Shown piece by piece: positions 49,008 through 58,152 of a DNA stretch of 64,000 nucleotides; positions within the stretch are counted from its first letter, which is position 1; each line of letters begins with the position of its first letter. The stretch comes from Alphaproteobacteria bacterium (GTDB lineage: Bacteria; Pseudomonadota; Alphaproteobacteria; SP197). The position numbers and the translations under genes are program-made. The notes below the pieces were generated by a model that saw only the letters and a list, made by a program, of their open reading frames with translations, was not told the DNA's origin and did not search any database. The stretch spans positions 896,001 to 960,000 of the forward strand of contig OZ219920.1 of the NCBI GenBank assembly GCA_964291415.2, given 5' to 3'.

Positions 49008-49029
49008 ACGGTTCATAGCAGAAGCAACA

Positions 49030-49182
49030 CGGTTCCAGCCTCTACTCGTGCCGTCATCGGTGGCGGTGGTGGGAGCGCCGCCGCGCGAATACGCGGCGGG
49101 ACGCAGTGTTCTCGAGGCATTCCGCGAACTGGGTCTTGATGGACCGGTTTGGCCGGTCAGCCCTGCCATCCGTCTCTGGCAG
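49030..49182 (+). pseudogene. Decayed 5' remnant of the acyl-CoA synthetase gene
   Basis: Reads RFQPLLVPSSVAVVGAPPREYAAGRSVLEAFRELGLDGPVWPV versus RLQPLLVPSSVAVVGATLREHATGRSVLETFRDLDFDGPVYPV in the gene at 50574; no start codon and an ~28-nt deletion. Confidence 0.85.
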
Positions 49183-49318
49183 GCATGACGGATCCGGTCG
49201 ATCCTGCTGTACTCCCTATTGGCCCCCGCTCCTGGCGGTGGAGTCGCCCGGGACTTGCGAATCTGCCTTCGATGGGTTCAAAGTAAGGCCAAGCGGCAGA
49301 CGCCTTGCGAGGAACCGG

Positions 49319-50557
49319 ATGGAAGGACTTGGAACCCGGACGGCCTGGGTGCCGTCTCTGGAGATCACCAGCGGACAGTCGGAGCCGGTGGCAGCCAACG
49401 GCGGTCTCTCCTTTGCGTCATTCGAGCGCGATGGCGATGCGGGGACCGGTGCGGCGCTCGACGCCGCGCTTGAACAGATTGCCCTGGGCCATGTCGACGA
49501 TTTCATTCGCTGGATCGACGATGCGCCCCCTGGTCCTGTGGAAACCAGGCGGGGAACCGGTTTCCGCACCTGGGATGAGTGCATGGAGCACATTCGCGCC
49601 AGCGGCATGGAAGCACCCGAGGGCGGAGTGGTGCTGCCGTTGCGCTACACAGTCTACGAGCATCCGTCCTATTCCGTCGTGTCGTCGAATCACCTTTGGC
49701 AGGATCCGACGCGGCGAAAGGAAGCAGACCTGTTGCGCCAGGCGGAAGAGAATCTCTGGAAGCGTTCGCTCTATTTCCCCCAGGTGGTACGCGATGCCCG
49801 CAGGATCAAGGAAACCGCAGGCGTTTCGGTGACCACGCCCGAGAGTATGGACAGGCTCGGCGTCTCCCTGGCGCACCTCGACTCCACTTGCACCGACTTC
49901 TACGACGCAGCGGAAGTGGAGCGCGTCTTCTATCCGGAAATCGAGAAGCTTCTCCTGGATTTCTTTCCTGGTGCCACCGACGCACTCGTCTACAACCATG
50001 ACATCTTCAACCGGGACTACGATGGCCCGGTCAGGGAAAACCAGAAGGCCAAGGATCCGGGAGTCAACACCGGATATGTCAATCTCGTCCACAATGATCT
50101 CAACGACAATTCCGGACGCGTGCGATGCCGCGAACTTCTGACGCAGAACCTGCGGAACTTCGGACGCGAGCAGCACTACACCGAGGCCGAGGCCGATGCC
50201 AAGATGTCTCGCCGGTTCATGTCGATCAATCTCGCCAAACCCTTCGAGACCGTCCAGCAGTACCCCTTCATCCTGTGCGCCTGGCCTTCCTTCGCCGATC
50301 AGCCCTACATCACGAACTACCGCATCTATGACGACCGCGTCGGAGAGACCACACGGTTCACCTATCGCCCGGACCACGAGTGGTACTGGTTTCCACGCCA
50401 GCAGCCCAACGAGATTTCCATGCTGAAGTGCTACGATTCCATCACCGATGGATCCGTTTCCAGGTGGTCATTCCACTCCGCCTGCTTCGATCCCAGCACG
50501 CCCCCCGAGGCGCCCTGCCGCAAGAACATCGTGGTCCGCACATACGTGTTCTTCTGA
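49319..50557 (+). CDS. CmcJ/NvfI/AsaB-like oxidoreductase (copy 2)
   Basis: Same motifs as copy 1; about 90% amino-acid identity by manual alignment, one-codon indel. Confidence 0.75.
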   Translation: MEGLGTRTAWVPSLEITSGQSEPVAANGGLSFASFERDGDAGTGAALDAALEQIALGHVDDFIRWIDDAPPGPVETRRGTGFRTWDECMEHIRASGMEAPEGGVVLPLRYTVYEHPSYSVVSSNHLWQDPTRRKEADLLRQAEENLWKRSLYFPQVVRDARRIKETAGVSVTTPESMDRLGVSLAHLDSTCTDFYDAAEVERVFYPEIEKLLLDFFPGATDALVYNHDIFNRDYDGPVRENQKAKDPGVNTGYVNLVHNDLNDNSGRVRCRELLTQNLRNFGREQHYTEAEADAKMSRRFMSINLAKPFETVQQYPFILCAWPSFADQPYITNYRIYDDRVGETTRFTYRPDHEWYWFPRQQPNEISMLKCYDSITDGSVSRWSFHSACFDPSTPPEAPCRKNIVVRTYVFF

Positions 50558-50573
50558 ACGGTTCGTTGCCCAC

Positions 50574-52661
50574 ATGATGCGCCGCCGGCGTATCGAGCAT
50601 CGGCTCCAGCCTCTTCTCGTACCGTCGTCGGTGGCGGTGGTGGGAGCGACGCTGCGCGAACATGCGACGGGACGCAGTGTCCTCGAGACCTTCCGCGATC
50701 TCGATTTTGACGGTCCGGTCTACCCGGTCAACCCGCGCTATGGCGACATTGCCGGCGAGATCTGCCATCCGTCCCTGGCAGACCTGCCGGAACCGGTCGA
50801 CCTTGCCATCATGGCGGTCGGCGATGCCCGTGTCGAAGACCAGGTGAAGGAGGCCATCGAGGCCGGTGTCAGGGCGGTGGCAATCTTCGGCAGCTGTGTC
50901 GTTCCGGGCGACAGGGAGCCGGCGCTTGCCGATCGTCTCGAGGCGATGCTGCGCGAGGCGGACCTGCCCTCGATCGGCGTCAACTGCATGGGGTTCTGCA
51001 ACTACGAGGCTGCCGTCCACGTCAATTCCTACCGCTTTCCGCAGCGTGATCCGGGCCGGATCACGGTCCTGGCACAGTCGGGGTCGGTTTTCGGCTGTCT
51101 CGCGGGAAGCCGCCTGAAACCGAACTTTGCGGCGTCTATCGGTCGGGAGACGTCGGCAACGGTCGTCGACTACATGGACTATGCCCTTGAACTCGGAACG
51201 GCACGGGTGCTGACCCTCTTTCTCGAGGCGATCCGCGATCCGCAGGGGTTCGAAGCGGTTCTCGAAAAGGCGCAGATGAAGGACGTGCCCGTGGTGGCGC
51301 TCAAGGCGGGCCGTTCCGACCTGGCGGCCCGCATGGCGGTGAGCCACACCGGAGCCCTCGCCGGAGATGACCGGACCATCGAGGCCGTCTTTCGCAAGCA
51401 TGGGGTGCTGCGCGCCTCGACGATCGACGAACTCATTGCCACGTCCCTGCTGCTTGCCCGGGCACGGGATGTCGCAGAAGGCGCTCTTGCGACGATCCAC
51501 GATTCCGGCGGTGAACGCGAAATGATCTGCGACCTTGCCAGCGATCTCGGCGTTCCGTTTGCCGTCATCGGCGAGAAGACGAGAGTGCGTCTTGGAGAAC
51601 GCCTCGATTACGGCCTCGAGGCCGAGAATCCCTGCGATGCCTTCGGCACGGGAATCGATCACGACGGCGTCATGCGCGACTGCTTTGCCGCCCTCATGGA
51701 CGACCCGTCAACAGCGCTGGGAGCCTTCTTCCTCGACGTGTCGCAACACAACGGCTACAGCCGCGCCTGTGCCGACGCCTGTCTGGCTGCGGCCTCGACG
51801 ACGACGAAGCCCGTGGCGCTCATCACCAACCACTCCGGCACCGATCACCACGAACTTGCGTGGGACTTCACCCACAACCACGACCTGCCGGTCCTCGACG
51901 GAAGCGTGCCAGGTCTCAAGGCCGTCTCCCATGCCTTCTGGCGCCGGGACTGGCGACGGCGCCCGGCCGATGCGCCCGTGCGTCCCGACACGGACCGTGT
52001 GCACCGCTGGCGGGACCGCCTGCGCAACGCCGATGAGGCGGCCGGTCTGGCGCTGCTTGAGGACTATGGCATCGCGACGCCGCGCCACGCGATCGTCGAC
52101 AGCGAAGAAGGCGTCCGCGAGGCAGCAGGAGAGATCGGCTATCCTGTCGTTCTCAAGACGGCGATGCCGGGCATCACCCACAAGTCGGATGTCGGAGGCG
52201 TCGTGACCGGTCTCGCCGACGAGGCAGGCCTGGTGAGGGCGTGGAGGACCATGGCCCGGACTCTGGGCCGGCGCTGCATGGTGGCGGCCATGGCCGGAGA
52301 CGGCATCGAGGCCATGGTGGGGATGACCCGCGACATCCAGTTCGGGCCCGTTGTTCTGGCCGGCGCCGGCGGTGTTCTCGTCGAACTCCTCGACGATGTG
52401 ACGGCCTACCGTCCTCCGGTCTCGCGCCTGGAGGTCGAGGAAACCCTTGCCGGCCTGAAGTTCACCCGGCTCCTCGAGGGGTGGCGCGGCCGCGCTGCCG
52501 TCTCTTCCGGCGCTCTCGTCGATGCAGTCCTCAAGATGTCGACCATTGCCCTCGAACTCGGGGCCTACCTCGATGCGGTCGACGTCAATCCTCTCCTCAT
52601 CACGGACCGGGGCGCCATCGCCCTCGACGTTCTCGTTGTTCCCCGCCCCGAGTCATCCTGA
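50574..52661 (+). CDS. Acyl-CoA synthetase (NDP-forming) / acetate-CoA ligase family, fused alpha-beta
   Basis: PSSVAVVGA, YPVNP, GVNCMG, AQSGS, KAGRS..SHTGALAG (phospho-His), ATP-grasp GYPVVLK..HKSDVGGV, DVNPL. Confidence 0.9.
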   Translation: MMRRRRIEHRLQPLLVPSSVAVVGATLREHATGRSVLETFRDLDFDGPVYPVNPRYGDIAGEICHPSLADLPEPVDLAIMAVGDARVEDQVKEAIEAGVRAVAIFGSCVVPGDREPALADRLEAMLREADLPSIGVNCMGFCNYEAAVHVNSYRFPQRDPGRITVLAQSGSVFGCLAGSRLKPNFAASIGRETSATVVDYMDYALELGTARVLTLFLEAIRDPQGFEAVLEKAQMKDVPVVALKAGRSDLAARMAVSHTGALAGDDRTIEAVFRKHGVLRASTIDELIATSLLLARARDVAEGALATIHDSGGEREMICDLASDLGVPFAVIGEKTRVRLGERLDYGLEAENPCDAFGTGIDHDGVMRDCFAALMDDPSTALGAFFLDVSQHNGYSRACADACLAAASTTTKPVALITNHSGTDHHELAWDFTHNHDLPVLDGSVPGLKAVSHAFWRRDWRRRPADAPVRPDTDRVHRWRDRLRNADEAAGLALLEDYGIATPRHAIVDSEEGVREAAGEIGYPVVLKTAMPGITHKSDVGGVVTGLADEAGLVRAWRTMARTLGRRCMVAAMAGDGIEAMVGMTRDIQFGPVVLAGAGGVLVELLDDVTAYRPPVSRLEVEETLAGLKFTRLLEGWRGRAAVSSGALVDAVLKMSTIALELGAYLDAVDVNPLLITDRGAIALDVLVVPRPESS

Positions 52662-52755
52662 TCGGACCCAAAGGTGGACCGTCGACGCGGTCCCTCGACA
52701 GGACCGGCGCGTTGATTGCCGACACGCAAGGACAGCCGTGGCCGACCGGCAGTGT

Positions 52756-54960
52756 TCAGGGGGGCGGGATGGGTTCGGGATCGAGGAAGCGGTTGACGAC
52801 ATTGGAGAGCAGACGGCTGACGTTGTTGTCGTAACCGTTGTGGGCGAGGGACCCGGCAAAGGCGATCGAACTGGTCGAGAAGACCGCGCCGCCGTTGGGT
52901 GTTTCGTAGAACACCATGTCGCAGCGCACGTGGGGGCAGTTCTCGCCGTTGACGGCGGAGTGCGTGTGAAGAAACTCCTCGTTGACCCAGTGAAAATCGA
53001 CGCCGAAATCGGTGGCTTCGGCGATGACGAGGGCGTGGGGCGGTGTCCCTTCCAGCGGGTCGATGCTGTCGATCTCGCTTCCCGCGGCACCGCCGAAGAC
53101 GGATCCGAAGTCGCCGATCTTCTCGTCGCGGCCGATGCCCTCGAAGATCCAGGCGGCACGCGGGTCCTCGCTCGCCGGGGTTCGCGTGTAGGGGCGGGAA
53201 AAGTTGAACCCCTGGGCGGCGAAGCCCGTGCCGCAGATCGATTCCGGACTCATGCCATTGCGCCGCCACAGGCCACCAAGCTCTCCGTTGAAACTCATGA
53301 CGTACTCGCCCGGCGAGGCGATCCAGCTGCGCATGCCGTCCTCGGCCCGCCGCATTTCCATGACCCCGGGAAGAGTCGGGTGTAGCGCCACCCGCCAGTA
53401 GAAACCATTGCCGCCCATGTAGATGAAGCGGCCGCCCCGCTGCTGGTAGTGAAGCAGGGCCTGCATCATTCCCGTGGTGGTGTACTCGGGATGCGTCGTC
53501 GTCATGACTGCGGCGTAGGGTTCGAGAAGGGCCACACCCTCGGCGTCAAGATCGTCATCGGTGATGACATCGAAGGCAATCCCCTGTTCCTCGAGCCAGT
53601 CGGTGATGTGGGTGTCGGCGTTGTACTGCCAGAGATCGTCGCGTGGCCCCATGCGCAGGAACGGCCGCAGACGCGAGGCATAGGCCACGCCGGAGCCGTC
53701 GCTGTGGTTGTCATACATCGACAGTCCATGCTCCGGGTGCATGTGAAGATGAATGTCGGTCATGTCGATCGCGCTGAACTCGTTGCTGGAATGCTCGCCC
53801 ATGTCACCCCAACCGATCGCCATGTGATTGTTGACGTAGGCGTAGTAGCTGCAGGTGGCAATCAGCAGGGCCAGGCGTGCCCCCGGACGTCCCGTCGGCG
53901 GACGGACATAGAAGGGGATGTAGAACCACTGGTCACCCTGGGTCAGGAAGGCGGCAAACGAGCCGCTCCGGCAGTCGGCTGGCACCTGCCAGGTGGCGTC
54001 CGTTTCCCAGGCGCAGTCGTAGAGATCGTCGTCGTGGAAGTGGATGGCGCCGTAGTGTTCCGGCCGGCGGGTCCAGACCATCTCGCTGCCGTCGTGATTC
54101 CAGCCCTTCATGGCCCGCGCGGGCATGTTGACGATGGCGCCGTGAAGCCGGTTCGGCGAAATGTCGTGAGCCGTCACGCCACTCATGTCGCGGCTGAAAT
54201 CCCACAAGGCCACCACATCGGCGGCGATGTCAGGAGGAATACGCCGATCCAGAAGGTGCTCCATCTGGCCGCGGCCGAGCGCACGCGAGGTCACTGCCGG
54301 TGTATCGATCTTGCCATTGAAGAGACCGCCGACGCCATTGCCACTGTTGTGGCCGGCAACGATGAATGTGCCGCCGTTTCCCGGTCGGACACCGATGTGT
54401 CCTGTCATGCCCGCGCTGTCTGCATCGCCGGCATAGCGCACGAGGGGTTCCTGGGTGAGGGTGGCCTCGCCCGTTGCGGAATCGAATGTCGCGGCCACGA
54501 AGTACCAGTGACGTTCGTGCATGCTGGCGGAAGAGACCAGCGTTTCAATCCGGTTGCCATCACCAATTCGGAGAGTGAGCCTTCCGTTGAAGACGCCGAG
54601 CGCATAGCCCCGGCGGCTTCCGGCATCCCACGAGCCCATGATGGTCTGTTCATCCTTTTCGATGAGGGTCGGCCAGACCATGGCCTGCAGCGTGAAGCTC
54701 TCCAGAACCAGTTTCCGGGGGTGGTCGACCGCGACGAAGGAACCGACCTGGGTCTTCTGGAAGCGGGCCGGGTAGTCGCCATTCACCCGGGCTTCGACGG
54801 GCGTCTCCCTGAGGCCCGGTCCATCGGGCGTATCGTCGCCGCAACGGATTCGACGGATGTCGAGATGGAAGGTGCCTTCGTCCTCGCTGGACACCTTGAA
54901 GTTGATGGTTTCGCCCGGCTCGACACTGATCCTGTCGGCGTATCCGAGAAGCCGCCGCAT
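52756..54960 (-). CDS. N,N-dimethylformamidase large subunit family protein
   Basis: GYADRISV.PGETINFKVS, YGAIHFHDDD, SYYAYVN, GLSMYDNH, THPEY, YMGGNGFYW; RBS GAGGAG. Confidence 0.9.
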   Translation of the reverse strand: MRRLLGYADRISVEPGETINFKVSSEDEGTFHLDIRRIRCGDDTPDGPGLRETPVEARVNGDYPARFQKTQVGSFVAVDHPRKLVLESFTLQAMVWPTLIEKDEQTIMGSWDAGSRRGYALGVFNGRLTLRIGDGNRIETLVSSASMHERHWYFVAATFDSATGEATLTQEPLVRYAGDADSAGMTGHIGVRPGNGGTFIVAGHNSGNGVGGLFNGKIDTPAVTSRALGRGQMEHLLDRRIPPDIAADVVALWDFSRDMSGVTAHDISPNRLHGAIVNMPARAMKGWNHDGSEMVWTRRPEHYGAIHFHDDDLYDCAWETDATWQVPADCRSGSFAAFLTQGDQWFYIPFYVRPPTGRPGARLALLIATCSYYAYVNNHMAIGWGDMGEHSSNEFSAIDMTDIHLHMHPEHGLSMYDNHSDGSGVAYASRLRPFLRMGPRDDLWQYNADTHITDWLEEQGIAFDVITDDDLDAEGVALLEPYAAVMTTTHPEYTTTGMMQALLHYQQRGGRFIYMGGNGFYWRVALHPTLPGVMEMRRAEDGMRSWIASPGEYVMSFNGELGGLWRRNGMSPESICGTGFAAQGFNFSRPYTRTPASEDPRAAWIFEGIGRDEKIGDFGSVFGGAAGSEIDSIDPLEGTPPHALVIAEATDFGVDFHWVNEEFLHTHSAVNGENCPHVRCDMVFYETPNGGAVFSTSSIAFAGSLAHNGYDNNVSRLLSNVVNRFLDPEPIPPP

Positions 54961-54986
54961 GCCTTGTTCTCCTCTCGACCGGTGGT

Positions 54987-57227
54987 TCACGGCAGGGCCG
55001 CGTCGGCGGCGAACCGGCGCACCACATTGCCGGTGATCCGTGCCACGTTGTTGTCGTAGCCGTTCCAGCCAAGGCTTGCGGCCCAGCTGATGGAGCCGGT
55101 TGAAAAGACTCCGGCGCCCGACGGCAGCGTGAAGTACACCATGTCCGCGCGCACCCTGGGATTGGCATCCCCGGTGACGGCTGCGTGATTGAAGACGATT
55201 TCGTCAGGCGACTGCATGTAGTAGGCGGAGTGACCGTCCGAACTCGCCAGCACGATGGTCTCCGGCGGCGTGCCCAGAGCTTCGTCGGCACCGTCGAGTT
55301 CGATGCCGGCTGCTCCACCGCCCAGGACACCGAAGTCGCCGATGATATCGCCCTCGACGCCCTCGAGGATCCAGGAAGCACGGGGGTTGTCGTCGATGCC
55401 CGGTTTCTTGACGAACCAGCCCGACCGATCGAAACCTGTGGCGAAGGTGCCGATGCCGACGAGTGACTGCGGAGGCCGGCCGATGTGCTTCCACAATCCT
55501 CCCCTTTCGCCGCTGAAGGAGAGATGGTACTCGCCCGGGCGGGAGGCCCAGAAACGCGCTCCCGCCTCCGGACGACGCACCTCGATGGCCTCGCCGCCGC
55601 GCGTGGGATGACAGGCGATGCGCCAGTAGAACCCGTTTCCGCCAAGGTACATCAGCCTGCCGCCGCGATCGAAATAGGCGGCCAGCGCATCCAGCATGTC
55701 GGTCGTCCAGTACTCCGGGTGAGTCCCGGTGATGATGACCCGGTAGTCGGCGAGAGCCGCGATGCCATCCTCGTGAACGTCCTCGTCCGAGACGACGTCG
55801 AACGGAATGCCGGAAGCCTCCAGCCAGTCGGTGACGTGCGTGTCCGCGTTGAAGCTCCAGATAGTCGATTTCGGGCTGTAGTTGTTCACCAGCGGCCGCA
55901 GCCGCGAACTGTAGAACACCCCCGATCCGTCACGATGCGTGTCATAGGTCGACAGCCCGAGGTCGCGCCGTTCGTGGAGGAAGAGTTCGTCGGGACCGTA
56001 GTCGATGATCCGTCCGCGTTTCACCTCCGCCTTCTCCTCGTCCAGTTGCCAGTGGTTGTTGGCGTAGGCCAGCCAGGTGGCCGTGGAGGCGAGAAAGGCA
56101 ACGCGTTCCCTGGGCGCTCCGCGCCCGGGCACGATGAGAAAGGGAATGTGGCACGTGTCATCGCCGGCCTGGCAATGCGCGGCATAGACTCCGCTGGCAA
56201 GAGACTCGGGCACGGTCATGGATACGGTGGTTCGCCAGCCGGCGTCGAAGAGGTCGTCGTCGTGAAAGTGGATGGCTGCGTAGTGGTCGGGACACTCCCT
56301 CCAGTCATGGCAGGACCCATCCCATTGCCGCCCGGTCACGCCTCGCGAGGGAAGGTTGACGAGACGGCCGTGAAGGGCGTTGCCGGAACGGTCGGGGAAG
56401 GTGTCGGAGGAGATGTCGGCCGCGAAGTCCCAGGCGCCGACAACCCCGTCGGCCGGTGTCGGCCCGGACCGTGCCAGCGCCGCCATCTCGTGATCTTCGA
56501 GAACCCTTGAAGCAAGGCGCGGACTGTCTATGCGCCCGTTGAAGTGTCCGACCATGCGCCGTCTTCCATCCTCATGCCACCCGGTCTGCCAGGCAGCCAT
56601 GTGGAGATCATGATCGGCCGCGAAGACCACGCCGGGCGGCGCCTGTCCCGTGACAGACAAGGGACTGCTGGACTCACCGGTATGAACGAGCGGTTCCTGG
56701 CTCAGTGTGACCGAACCCTTCGCTGCATCGTAGCGTGCCGCCACGAAGACCCATTTCCACGGTTGAAGGGACCTGCCGGTCGAAACGGTGACGAGGTCAT
56801 GACCGTCGCCCACCATCAGGGCAAGAGCGCCCGCCGAATCAAGCATGACGGCGAAACCGGGACGTCCCGGACCCGAGCCACGGCTGATGATGGCCTGTCG
56901 TCCGTCGCCGGGAAGCGTCGGCATGATGAAGGACTGGAACGTGAAGGCCGAAAGCCGGTCGAGGACCGGTGCGGAGGGGATGATCGCGTAGGAACCGGCA
57001 TCGATGCGTTGACAGGAGCCGCCGTGGAGTCCGTTGGCCGGCGTATCGACCGCAACCTCGCGATAGGGAGCGCCCTCGGGAGTCTCGACACCGCAGACGA
57101 TGCGAACGGTCCTGAATTCGAAGGTTTCGTGGTCTTCGAGACTGATCTTGAAATCGATGGTGTCGCCCGGCCTTGCACGAACGCGATCCGGGTAGCCCAG
57201 GATGCGTCTGCGGTAATCGAAGGTCAT
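54987..57227 (-). CDS. N,N-dimethylformamidase large subunit family protein
   Basis: GYPDRV..PGDTIDFKIS, YAAIHFHDDD, TWLAYAN, GLSTYDTH, GTHPEY, YLGGNGFYW. Confidence 0.9.
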   Translation of the reverse strand: MTFDYRRRILGYPDRVRARPGDTIDFKISLEDHETFEFRTVRIVCGVETPEGAPYREVAVDTPANGLHGGSCQRIDAGSYAIIPSAPVLDRLSAFTFQSFIMPTLPGDGRQAIISRGSGPGRPGFAVMLDSAGALALMVGDGHDLVTVSTGRSLQPWKWVFVAARYDAAKGSVTLSQEPLVHTGESSSPLSVTGQAPPGVVFAADHDLHMAAWQTGWHEDGRRRMVGHFNGRIDSPRLASRVLEDHEMAALARSGPTPADGVVGAWDFAADISSDTFPDRSGNALHGRLVNLPSRGVTGRQWDGSCHDWRECPDHYAAIHFHDDDLFDAGWRTTVSMTVPESLASGVYAAHCQAGDDTCHIPFLIVPGRGAPRERVAFLASTATWLAYANNHWQLDEEKAEVKRGRIIDYGPDELFLHERRDLGLSTYDTHRDGSGVFYSSRLRPLVNNYSPKSTIWSFNADTHVTDWLEASGIPFDVVSDEDVHEDGIAALADYRVIITGTHPEYWTTDMLDALAAYFDRGGRLMYLGGNGFYWRIACHPTRGGEAIEVRRPEAGARFWASRPGEYHLSFSGERGGLWKHIGRPPQSLVGIGTFATGFDRSGWFVKKPGIDDNPRASWILEGVEGDIIGDFGVLGGGAAGIELDGADEALGTPPETIVLASSDGHSAYYMQSPDEIVFNHAAVTGDANPRVRADMVYFTLPSGAGVFSTGSISWAASLGWNGYDNNVARITGNVVRRFAADAALP

Positions 57228-57535
57228 TGAGAGGCCTGGTCCGGATCAACCCCCGTGTGCTTCTTCCAGCGCAGTCTGAAGATATACCACTCGGCCTCGC
57301 CCAGGTCCGTGAACACCACGTCCTCGTGGAGCGTCACCGGCACACCGCGCTTGCCTGGAAGCTGGGCGAGGCACCACTCCTTGTGAGGCACCGTGTTGAC
57401 CAGGACGTACTTGCCTTCGATGGGCTCCCAGCGCATGACATTGAGCACCTTCTGGAGTTCGGCGCTGTGCGGTCCGAAGGGGTTGCGCCGGAACTCCTCG
57501 GCAAGATCGGTGCGTCCGGGATCAATCTTGTACAT
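57224..57535 (-). CDS. N,N-dimethylformamidase small-subunit-like protein
   Basis: MYKIDP..EEFRRNPFGPHSAELQKVLNVMR..AEWYIFRLRWKKHTG; ATGA overlap with the large-subunit gene. Confidence 0.82.
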   Translation of the reverse strand: MYKIDPGRTDLAEEFRRNPFGPHSAELQKVLNVMRWEPIEGKYVLVNTVPHKEWCLAQLPGKRGVPVTLHEDVVFTDLGEAEWYIFRLRWKKHTGVDPDQASQ

Positions 57536-57977
57536 CGCCAGTTCCCTGTCGGCCTGAAGCCGCATCCTGCCACCCCCGCCACGGCTACGGCAAGCGCACC
57601 CGGACGCCATGTCGCGGACCCGATGCGGAGGGCCCTGCTGAAGCGGATGGCACGTTCACGGGAACGACGGACTCCGGGGTTTCCCGACGTATCGAGGCCT
57701 TCGAGCCAAAGCGCCCTTCGGAGAGGGATGCAGAGGGGCTTCGGGCGCGGCCGGCACCGTCAAGAAGAGGGCGGGCCAACGCCCCGGCACGGCGTTTTCC
57801 GGTGAGTACGACTCGAGTGGGTGCTCCGGCAGGAGTTGTCGGTCAAGGGCTTGCCCGGGGCATTCCAAACCGATTGCGTCAGCCACGGTTTGCACGCCTT
57901 TGGCCACCGCCGTGCCGCAACCGAACCTCAGGACCACTCCTCAATGGTGACTTCGAGGCCGTCCCGCCCAGTGCACC

Positions 57978-58006
57978 CGATCGCGGTCGCCCTGCGACCG
58001 CGATCG
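57978..58006. terminator. Perfect 13-bp inverted repeat downstream of the binding-protein gene
   Basis: CGATCGCGGTCGC-CCT-GCGACCGCGATCG; no U tract, function uncertain. Confidence 0.4.
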
Positions 58007-58152
58007 TCGGCGCGTCCGGTTGACATGCGCCGCGCTGACGCCGAACCGTGGCGCGGCAACGCCCGCCAGGGACCAGCAAGGCTCCACCCGGCCACGGGTG
58101 TCTCGGATGTGCCGCGCCGATCCCTTGTTATCTTGTTCTCCGGGCGGTGTTC

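Larger units (their letters stand above)
47660..50782 (+). repeat. Tandem duplication, unit about 1.55 kb (approx. 47660-49182 and 49213-50782)
   Basis: Upstream region, whole oxygenase gene and the 5' part of the CoA-ligase gene occur twice with scattered substitutions. Confidence 0.9.
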
